Source: Octopus sinensis (Eukaryota). Taken from it: 64,000 bases of DNA. The DNA is taken from assembly GCF_006345805.1 (NCBI RefSeq), contig NC_043007.1, positions 7,130,001 through 7,194,000 of the forward strand, read 5' to 3'. Shown here one piece after another: positions 53,229 to 64,000 of the stretch. Position 1 is the stretch's first letter. Every line of letters begins with the position of its first letter. Below the pieces are notes generated by a model. It was not told where the DNA came from and searched no databases. It worked only from the letters and a program-made list of their open reading frames with translations. The position numbers and the translations under genes are program-made.

Positions 53229-56200
53229 TGCGTATGTGAGTACGTGTGAGTGTGTGTGTTTGTGTATACCAATTAGTTATATGTAAGCATGTAATAAAAT
53301 ATATTCCTTTGTATATATGTACTTTTGCGGGCGAGCGGGTGCGAAAGTGTGAGTTTGCGTGCGTAAATGAGTGTGTGTGTTTGTGTGCGTGTGTAGGTGT
53401 GTGTATGTGTGTTTGTATGTGCGTGTACTGACACTACACGGATTAAAATAGACAAGTCAGCAATAAGTCAGATAACATTAATATCTTCGTAACAACTGCA
53501 CCTTCATGTAATGCAGATTCTCAATCGATTTCTCTCCTTCCTCCTAAACTATTGTAATCTCCTTTCCCTCCCAAAGTATGGAACATTGTTAACGTTGCGT
53601 CTTTCCGTCTTGCCATATAGAATACTCGGGATGTAATCTATGTTTCTGTAACAATATCATTCCAATTCAAAAGCAGGTTGATTAATGGTAACAGGTGTAT
53701 TCGGAACATTCTTCCATACAGTATGTTGTAGTGATTTTTTCTCATTAAAGGTAGCAGATTGACAGAAACATGTGGAGATAGTTGATTAGCAATAAACAAA
53801 ATGCTCTGATGTCTTTGTTTCGGTTCTGTATGTTCCGAGTTCAAATCCAGCCGAGTTCAGCTATATTTTTTATCCTTCAATGTATCATTAAAACGTTGGG
53901 GAAAATGTGATATTTGTTCCGTTTCTTTACGTTCTGAGTTCAAATATTGCCGTGATTAAATATATTTTGCATCGTTCTGGGACTGAAAGGAAAAATTAGA
54001 GGCCAGAACGGTACATAGACAGAACCAATAGAGAGTTGTGGAGAATGTGGTGTGGTATGGTATTTGTTTCGTCTCATTGCGATGTCAGTTCGCCTGTGAA
54101 GAGAGTGATGCAAGCCCCGTCAGCTTTTGCTCTTTCTTTAGACAATATGAATGACAGGGAGAGAGGATATTTGGTTGCATGGACACATTCAGGCCTTCAC
54201 ACACCACAAAAGAACTTTCCCCGGGACTGCAGCCAGGTGGTGCGGGGACTCTCAGTTGTAGATGCATGAGAAACCTTCTCTGGCGGAGGCCTTGGAAATA
54301 TTCATCAGAATCAGGATGGCAGAAAGGTTACGTTACACAAAAACTTACGTTGGGCAATTATTACTTGCCCTTACTTAGACAATATCATTCCTCGTTAAGA
54401 GTTATATAAATTTGTACCAGTAATATACCAGTGTCATTCCTATCGTTTATGGACCTTCCTGTTTCACATCATAAACTGTTGTCATAAAAACTACTTGTCG
54501 AAGACACAACATTTTGGTTTGTTTATTCCGTTGAGTGGCTGTTCTTGATTTTGTGGGGTTTTTGGGTTTTTTTGCACGAAGGAAATATCTCAGAAGAGAA
54601 AATTGAAGAATCCAAGAATGGCAAAACAAATGTTTCAAATGTTGGCACAAAATCAGTGATTTTAAGGGAAGCGGGGGCCAGAAAATACCGCTATTCGTCC
54701 GGTGTGCTAACAAGTCTGGAGTTAGTTAAATCAATCCAGTACTTGACTGATTCTTTATTTTATCAACCCAATTATGCAAAGTTGACTTCGATTTGAATTG
54801 AAATTGACACTATCGTTAATTTATTACAATTTTCAACTGTTTTTCGCAGTACCCGTGGAATACGGGACTTTATTTTCAAATTCAAATCCCAACCATAAAG
54901 CCATTTTCGATGAAATTTCAATAACGAGATCTGGCAATATTTTCACATTAATATTTATCGATGATTTGCTTTTTGGCTTAATAATAAGGTAGATATTCCA
55001 TATATCAAAATATAAAGAGCGTCTCTCCATAGTACAGGGACGAACTGAGATGTGACATAATTCTGCTAAGCATATTGATAACTGATATTACCAATATCTT
55101 TGTAGCGAAAGTTTAGAACAGGATGATGAATTATGAAACTATTATATATTAACAAAGTACTTTCTCAGTATTATTTGCTATGAGACTCTATCTCTAAAAG
55201 ATCAATCTCCCATTTGTTATATAAGCAGAGTTTAAAGGCATCGAAGAGTATATAACAGAAGCAGTTCTGTTCACCTGAATATCTCGTATAAGCCAATTTG
55301 TCATATTTGGCGTCTATATTTAGGAATTGATACGGAGATAATAGTTTACATAATAAATAATGAGAATATCAGAAATGTGTCTTGAAGTTCTGGTTGTGCA
55401 AATAATTATCTATTAGAGGGGAAATTATTATAGTAGGATATTTCTTTTATATATATCAATAGATTACTTTTTACTTTACGTTTGTGATTATACACGTATA
55501 ACCAGTGATGGCAAATTAGCGAAACCTGTAGTTAAAGGCATTAAAACCACTGAATTACGCATTCGGCTGAAATAGTCTTTAAAAGTGTGCTGTCTGTTAT
55601 TAATACAACATTTCGAACGTTAGAACAATTCAGAATAAGCATTTCAATATATTTCTATAAAGTACAGTTGAGTAATGTTTATGGTTAAACTTTCTCCAAG
55701 ACTACGGGAAGCATTTTCATCGTGGAACATAAGCGCAGAAGATATCATTAAAGCTAATATACATGCGACTGGGTAAATAAATACATGTTTAGAGCTCCAC
55801 TGTAACTAGAAAACGAATTCATTTCATGTCTCTTGAAGTTTCTAAATTCCGAAGATATAAACGGGATGCAGCTCTTGTGATAAGAACAAAGCTTCTCAAA
55901 TCGGTGAAGAAATGTAATGATAGAATGCCTGTCATGTTTACAGATGTGCGTTCGAATCCTACGAGCATCCTTGACTTTTCCCAGACAAAGGTTTTTCTAA
56001 CCCAATATTCTACACGCTACTCTTATTGCTCTGTATGGTCCAAGTTCTACTTTCTCAAAAGAAACAAATTTATTTAGTATATATAAATATGTATCTTATA
56101 ATATATTTAGCTGTTCTGATTATATTGGAGGCGAGCGCCTTTTTCCTTGTGATTGGCTTAGAAACTTAAGAAACTAGGATCTTTTCCTTCATTTCTTAAC

Positions 56201-56779
56201 ATGAAACCAAAATATATGTAATCTCTATCCTATCGTACATTCTACGCTTATACATATTAAATGAATTCGTCTGTACGAGGTTTTATGTATCTGTAGTGAT
56301 GACGAAACTGAAAATGGTGGAATATTATATTTTAAATTGTCACTACATTTGCTCTTTCTTTCGTTACAGTTTCGCTGAGCGTCCGGTGACCATGTATATT
56401 TCCTTCATTGAAGCAGAACACTGATTTAAGGTTGGTATATTGAAATATATATGGATTGCCAATTGAGAGAATTTAATGATGAGTCTATTTTCAATTGCTT
56501 CTTAAACGATAAAAATGTGTCGCAACCAATTGCAAGAACACTACATTCGTTAATGTCATATTTGAGCAGAAATTTTCCAGATGTAGATGCACGTTTAACA
56601 ATTTTGAGGGAAGGGGTTAGTCGGTGTCATAAACCTCAGTACTTGACTGCTACGTTATATTTTGTGCTCCGAGGAGAGGAGCGAAGTTAAATAACCTCGG
56701 CGGAATTTGAGCATTAAAATCCAGAAAAACGCCACACGACCTTTTACCTTCACATACCAAAGGGCATATTAGAGACATA

Positions 56780-56986
56780 CGAGGAGGTCCTGAAAAGTTT
56801 CTGACTTTTGGGTATTGCGAAAGTTCTTATTGGAGGCCCAACATTCCGAGTTGATTTTATAAAGCTCAAAAAACTGAAGGACCGCTGCAAAAAATATTAC
56901 TCTGAGAGGGGGATATATTGAATAAAATCATAATTAACTGATCCCCCTGTATTTTATTTTACCCAAAGCCAAGAACATATGCCTCG
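56780..56986 (+). mobile_element. Mariner-derived MITE, same family as 13636
   Basis: TA|CGAGGAGGTCCTGAAAAGTT start, KLKDRC-like transposase end, AAT(C/T)ATAATTAACTGATCC shared, ends GCCTCG|TA. Confidence 0.75.
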
Positions 56987-58483
56987 TATTTAATAAAATC
57001 AAATTTCCAGCTTGCACACTTAGCCATTGGTCGTTCTTTTGTCTGGGCGATAAACAACGAGAAATTTCGCTTTCGTTTCCCGAACCTTAAATACCTATCC
57101 TGTACATTCATGCATTATCCGCTCATCTTGTACAACCTTCAAGCGTTACTACGATATAAAATATCTGGGATTAATACTTCGTTTTAATTTGAAATAAAAG
57201 GATAAAATATATTTGAAAGATTTATATTTTTTCATTTTTTTCTTTTACTTTACTGATCTTAGTTATAGTACAATTAGTATTGCAGAGCACCGCCTTCGAT
57301 GAATATCACAGGTTTTTATTGTATCAAATTTGGACGTAAGTGTGAAACGGGGTAGAACTTAAAGTATAAAACAACTTAAACCTTAAGAAATTAAGGGCCG
57401 AAACACTTTCCTGAGATGAGGTGGTTTGTCTCTGAAGACTTTCTGCTGTTCAACTCATTTAAATGTTTCTTTATAATAGAAAATATTTCGCACAACGCTT
57501 CGACTTTAACATCATAATGCTACTGAACTTTCGGCTCTAACATGTATTGTAAAGTTCGTTTGCCAATATTTGACCTAATGATTTCCGTTACTCAAAGACA
57601 TATGTTACTAAATGTTGAGACAACCAGAAACAGCGCCAATGACGTATATAACTTCATGATAATGACAGTCGCAAATAGCTTTACCATCAAAGGTGAATTT
57701 TATAGAACTTTTCACTCGCAAAAACCGTGAAAAGGCATCAGTGTCGGAAAGAAAAAAATCTTACATATATAGCATTATATAGTAATATACACTAGAAATG
57801 ACAATATTATTGTGAGAAATGCATAAAAATGTATTCGTAACACAAGAGATTTTTGTTGCTATCCTATAACCATTTCCGAAAAACTCTTTCACTAATTAAT
57901 CTTTTTACTTAATGCCTGTGGTGGGTATGGCCCATCCTTACAAATACTGACAGGTGTGTGCAGCTACGGGTTAATTCCTATCAGGTGCAAATCATATAGA
58001 ATGTAAACGTAACAGCACTATACACATGCCAGTTTCAGATTTATATCAAAACTATCAACTATAGATGAGTGTACTTGGATATTCATGTGTCTGGAAGGGA
58101 ATTAGCGAAGAAATATATCTAGAAATAGATATAATAGATATTTATTTAGGCGAGGTGCAAGTCGTTCAATATAACAATTCTTTATTTCCTGAAAAAAAGA
58201 TTTCTATCAATCGATGACCAGGTATACGGTTCTTCATCAGAAAATTAAGTATTTATTCATGTCACATTTAGTGGGACTAAATTGACGCGGCTTCAACAAC
58301 GTGACTATCACAGCAGATTTCAACGGGCATTGCAGTAGCATAGGCAACACCTGTTGCGTAGCCTAGTTAAACAGCACTATCTGTCCTTAAAATCCATTTA
58401 TCAAATTCCACATTATTGCGTGTATTCTGGTGGAATCTCTGTGAAGAATGGAAATTTTGCATCCCTTCCATCTTTATATAGCT

Positions 58484-58561
<78 letters not shown>

Positions 58562-58564
58562 CAA

Positions 58565-59330
58565 GTAATGTTCATAGCCAGTTCAACATGGCTGTTCCGT
58601 TCGAACGGAGTGTATTGGGATTTTTTAACTTCAAGAGGACATCTCCTCAACTGGTTAACGATGCGCAGCTACATCCAATATATTGTGAACAGGAGAACTA
58701 ACCCCTACCACCTTTTGGCAACGGGATCAGCATACCAGTCTGGTTTTGGTTACTTTTGCCTCCCTTCAGTACTGGACTCCTCATCTGCTAAAGATGGTAA
58801 TAGCCCGCCTCTGCTCGCAATATATATAAATTCAAGCGGCTCACAGTCGCTGATTTTGTAACAAACTAAAAAGCTAATTCTAAAATCTCTCTAAGAAATG
58901 ATTGCAGTAGTTGTACTTGCAGGTAATGCGCATGGCCACTTCAACATTGCTATTCCGTTCGAGCGGAATTTACTACGAATTTTAACCCCAAATGGACATC
59001 TCCTCAAGCTGGTTCATTCTGCTCGAACTGAACAGCCGTATTGAAGTGGCTACAAACATTACTTGCTCGTACAACTACTGCAACCATCTCTCAGAGAGAT
59101 TCTAGAACTAGCTTTTTAGCTCGTTGTAAAGTCAGCGACTGTGTGCCGCTTGAATTTATATATATTCCGAACAGATGCGAGCTACTGTCATCTCTAGCAG
59201 ACGAGGTGTCCAGTACTGCAGAGAAGCAGAAATAGCCCGAAACCAGATTGATGTTCTAGCTCCGTCGCTAGAACGTGGTAGGAGTTCGACGAACCGGTGT
59301 CCTATTCAGGAGAGAATGTTTTGATCGCAG
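58565..59330 (+). repeat. Unclassified element with diverged direct repeats (58565 and 58923) and hairpins
   Basis: GTAATG..CAT.GCCA.TTCAACAT.GCT.TTCCGTTCGA.CGGA...GGACATCTCCTCAA.CTGGTT occurs twice, 358 bp apart. Confidence 0.6.
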
Positions 59331-59395
59331 TCAATTATACACCATAGGAACCTTATCAGTCGTAAAGCTTATGACAGACTTAAGTCAATGCAGAT

Positions 59396-59414
59396 GGATA
59401 GAGAGATAGATAGT

Positions 59415-59512
<98 letters not shown>
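59396..59512. repeat. (GATA)n microsatellite
   Basis: Direct reading. Confidence 0.95.
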
Positions 59513-59578
59513 CGCACACACAAACACGAGCACACACAATCTCTCACACATACACACCCGCGCATAATGCAAATAATA

Positions 59579-60190
59579 CAGACTTAAATGACCAGTTACA
59601 AGTGTTTCTGCACCACTCTGTTTTTAACTCCAATTCGAGCAAAAGTTCATTGTGACCAGTTAGGTAATCCTTGCTGTTTTAAACACCAGAGCGGCCTTCC
59701 TGAGATGAAAATTTGCCTTTTCACATTGTGCATTTTGCTTATAAATCCATCGAGGAATTCAATAAAAGTGTATGTGTAAAAGCTTCTGTGCGTCAGTGTA
59801 GACTCCATATCACCATGTGTATGCAGAGATACAGACCACATCGTATCTTCTTCAAAACCCCTGACGAAGGTTTTTGTTTTCTTAAGGAAAGCTTTGACCA
59901 TTCAAGCACGTCTCTCATCTCCACTACACCATCGGTCTTAAAGGCAAACCCCGCCATGTGACAACCATAGCAGCTTTGTGCAGACGGTATCGGTGGTGTT
60001 GCTGTCAGAAGGCAAAATATTGGGGAAATTACGAAGCAGAGAAATATCAGACACTTGTACAATTCCTCTGATTCTATGCGCTGAGTTCGTCCGTTTCTTA
60101 ACGACTCCACATGCATAAAAGACATATTTGTTTTTGCTTGAATTTGAAGCCACATCGTACAGCGTCTTAACACGATATACTGTATCCAAC
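59579..60190 (-). mobile_element. Probable decayed Tc1/mariner-superfamily transposase relic
   Basis: DTVYRVK and HKAAMVVTW (QK.ASVMVW-like) remnants; TA|CAGACTTAAATGACCAG TIR-like end. Confidence 0.35.
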
Positions 60191-60265
60191 TAACAAGGCT
60201 ACTAGCTTAGCAGCCATTATATTTCCTAATGTGTATGTGTGAGGTAGGAGGGTTATATATATATG

Positions 60266-60352
<87 letters not shown>

Positions 60353-60431
60353 TATGTGTATGTATATATATATGTATATCACCATATATGCATATATATA
60401 TATATACATATATATATATACATATATATAC

Positions 60432-60462
<31 letters not shown>

Positions 60463-60512
60463 CATGTATATATATATATATATATTATATATATATATAC
60501 ATATATATATAA

Positions 60513-60546
<34 letters not shown>

Positions 60547-61155
60547 CACATACATATATATATTAATTTATATATATATATATATGAATATATGTATATA
60601 TATATATATATATGCATATGCTATGAAATGATTTGCATGTCAGTTCTATATGTAGATTGATGCATATATTAATGATATCAGGCATCTGTATATTATTTTC
60701 TTTCCCCGTGTTTATTCATTTATTTGCGTGTTTGAGATGGAATATACCTGTTTGGTATTGGCAAAATATATTATATATTCATTAAATAGTTCTGTAGATA
60801 TTCGATTTAATATATAAGTATTTCATAACACCTTAGATTGATCAATCGCTACGAAATGTATAATAAGAGGAACTGGCACATAGTTGTGTACAATCATACA
60901 TAATACTCCACCTCGCGTTCTATTCATGTTTAGAGTCGATTTCTTATGCTGAGAGATTTAGAAGAATCTGGAATGGCTTCTGTGAATTATCAAGCAGTAC
61001 ATCGTTGGGCGTAATCAAAAGTATTGAACGCCTGAGGTAATGTTGTTTATATACAAGTTCCAAGCAAACACTCCAAAAAGCAAACATGTAGGTACAAGTA
61101 TAAGCGCACAAATATACAGAGATTGAGATTGATACGAATATATGAATATGCAGAT

Positions 61156-61197
<42 letters not shown>

Positions 61198-61499
61198 TTA
61201 CACTCATACATACATATCTGCATATATAAATAAATATATGTATGTGTGTGTGTATATATATATAAGTATGTATATGTATATTATTATTCATTTTCGTCTT
61301 CGTGACGGATATGAGACGCTTCAGATCCGTTAAGAGATGTTTTAAATTAGAAATTGGAGTGAAAGATAATTATTTTCAAGATTTAATTAAATAATCTGAT
61401 AAAAGCACCTGTTCATGTATTCTCTTGATCCATAACTGTGCAATCGAAGAATACTTTGGGAAATTTCCAACAGATGGAATACATGCATATGTGCATCTA

Positions 61500-61563
<64 letters not shown>

Positions 61564-61587
61564 GCACACACATACATATAGATTATA

Positions 61588-62730
61588 TGGTCATCCCATA
61601 AATAATGCGGGTTTGTTATACATCTTTATTTTTCAAAATTAAGATAAAAACGGTTCTTTTAATATGCTCTTCTTCCATCAATCTGGTAGACTTGCAAGGC
61701 CCCTCTTCCAAAATTCATTTGTCCACGATGAAAAATACTCCTCCAGTACTGTTCTGACCTTGTCTAGACACAATTCATGTTTTTTCCCGTCCAAATTATT
61801 TTGAAGACAGCAAAATAAACGATGAGATGGGGCAATGTCCGGCGAATATGTTGGGTGGGCGAATATAATGGATGGGGTATCGTTTCCAATTCAAACTGCC
61901 CCAGCTTTTGGGATGTCATCCTCGCTGTATGTGGCTGAGCATTATCCTGATGGAAGAACGTATTTCATCTTGAAACCAAACTTGGTCGTTTTCCTTTCAA
62001 GCTGCTTGCAGTAGATCTTCTTATCGTTTGGTTTGGGTTTAAAAGTCCAAAGTGGACAAAACCATTTATATCCCACCAAACAGGTAAAAACACCTTACGT
62101 AGGTGAATACCTTCTTTAGCCTGCGCTGCTGGTGTTACTCCTTTCCCTAGTCACTGTCTTCGAGACTTGATATTTTTATAGAGTAACCATTTCTCGTCAC
62201 CAGTCACCATTCGGTCAAAAAAACAAAGGACCCATTCGTGAGACGTGACAGTAAAGAAGAGCACATATTCATTCTCCGCACGCGATTAGAAAGTTTGTGA
62301 GGAACCCATTAACCCAATTTGCTCTGACTCTTCCAATGCCACGCAGGGGTCAATGAATGGTTGACTGAACAAATCCAAGCTTCTCTGCTAGTTCCACAAC
62401 AGTTACGATGGCATTTTGTTCCCCAAGGATTTGCAAGACGTCCTCGTCGAGCACTACAGATCTTCCAGGACGAGACTCGTCTTCTAGTCTGTAGTTCAGG
62501 CTCGGAATTTCTGGAACCACCTTTGACACTGGTTTACGCTTATTGTCCGATCCCCGCATTCTGCATTAATATTTTTCACACTTTCCGTTGCGTTACTGCC
62601 TTTATTGAACTCGTAACGTACAATAGACCGAGTATTCTCCACCACGATCGTGGATAAAATGCTCCCTCTGTTAATTCATCTCAAGATTAACCATTTATTT
62701 GACAGGGCTGATAGTTCTGTCTCCAAAGTT
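61588..62730 (-). mobile_element. Decayed mariner (DD34D) transposon
   Basis: RYEFNKGSNAT, CQRWFQKFRA, LEDESRPGR, LVTGDEKW, KVFLPVWWD, HQDNAQPH, PHPLYSP; TA|TGGTCATCCCATAAATAATGCGG end. Confidence 0.9.
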
Positions 62731-62819
62731 GGAGATAGTATTCATCGTATTTTCGATAAATAGACTCCCACGTCAAATACGCCACTTGTCGCTCCGGGTT
62801 GCGGTTTATGCATGCATGC

Positions 62820-63060
62820 ATCTATGTATGTATGTATGTATGTATGTACGTATGTATGTATGTCTGTATGTACGTATGTATGTATGTACGTATGTATGTA
62901 TGTATGTATGTACGTATGTATGTATGTATGTATGTATGTATGTATGTATGTACGTATGTATGTATGTATGTATGTATGTATGTATGTATGTATGTATGTA
63001 TGTATGTATGTATGTATATACGTATGTGTGTGTGTGTATGTATGTATGTATGTATGTACA
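62820..63060. repeat. (TATG)n microsatellite
   Basis: Direct reading. Confidence 0.95.
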
Positions 63061-63609
63061 TGCCTGTAGTGTGTGTGAGAAAGAAAGAAGGAAAAAAAGA
63101 AAGAAAGAAAGAAAGAATTGGCCGATGTGCATATGCATTATACAAGCATTAGACGAAGAAGGAAATTATTTTGGTCTTATAAGCTATATCTTTTACAGAA
63201 GAGGCAAGGAAATTAACGTCGTACATTACACTCCAATGATTGTATGAATGGCAGGATACCTGAATGGCCATTCCTGGGGTGGGGGGGGAATGAAGCTGAA
63301 AGAAAATAACTGACGTATTGACTGCAATTGTCTTACTATTGTAGAACAGGAGAGAATACTTTTATGAGTTATATTCGGTTGCCCATTTTGTTAGGTCTTG
63401 TTTCGAAATCAGATATTTTGGTCGGTGAGCAGCGCTAAAATTTGTCAATGTGTGCGTGTGCGTGTGCGTGTGCGTGTGTGTGTGTGTGTATGTATTTATC
63501 ACTGTCTTACGGGTGTGTGTATGAGCTTCTATATAGGTTTTGTGTCTTCATGGAGATGTGTTCTAGCATCAGCTTAATCTAGATTGCACATCAGTACTAA
63601 ATATGACCG

Positions 63610-64000
63610 CTTCTTTTGTTGTTGTTGCTGTTGCTGTTAAGCGAAGCGGTCTTCGTCCCAGAGCACGCAAGATCGCGCCTCTCTAGTGGGAGAAGTCCGA
63701 AACGTGCTCCTTTTGCTATTCGTAAGACCAGCAGAATACAGAGCAAGTCAACCACCGACACCGAGAGCATCGACGGATGGATGAATGCGTATCCAAGCTC
63801 AGCGGTTGCGTAGGAAGTCGGGGAAAAGAAACAGGAAGAAAGAGAGAGAAAGTTGGAGCGAAAGAGTACAGCAGGGATCGCCACCACCCCCTGCCGGAGC
63901 CTCGTGGAGCTTTAAGTGTTTTCGCTCAATAAACACACACAACACCTGGTCCGGGAATCGAAACCGCGATCCGCTGCCCTAACCACTGGGCCATTTCGCC
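63610..64000 (-). mobile_element. SINE family 2 head with a different 3' half and (AAC)n tail
   Basis: Head matches 17629 (GGCCCAGTGGTTAGGGCAGCGGA...GAGCGAAAACAC.TAAAGCTCCACGAGGCTC) until CTTCCTGTTTC, then diverges. Confidence 0.88.

Noticed and set aside
54080-54410. GC-richer island with several short ORFs
   Set aside because: No recognisable motif, splice chain or structure; left unannotated

Overview
AT-rich eukaryotic non-coding DNA dense in microsatellites and transposons. The SINE families and (TA)n load point to an octopus or other coleoid cephalopod (inference). No host protein-coding gene can be supported: almost every listed ORF is a microsatellite translation or a decayed transposon frame. 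Content includes tRNA-derived SINEs of at least 3-4 types, decayed LINEs (two Dong/R4-like, one R2/Hero-like, CR1/L2-like RT pieces, an RTE-like tail), a Gypsy integrase relic, mariner/maT/Tc1 relics and MITEs, and a Penelope-like element (PLE) GIY-YIG ORF. The most notable signal is a set of PLE-type cassettes lodged in (TA)n tracts. Three are asymmetric fold-backs, including a 100%-identical 388-bp-arm palindrome at 7246-8034. About ten hammerhead-ribozyme-like motifs from several unrelated families lie in these cassettes; two have intact CUGANGA/GAAA cores (7783-7834 with its mirror, and 14177-14250). Most have short self-complementary stem III sequences, and the triplets are GUU or GUA rather than GUC. 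All structures and family calls were made by eye from motifs; none is database-verified.
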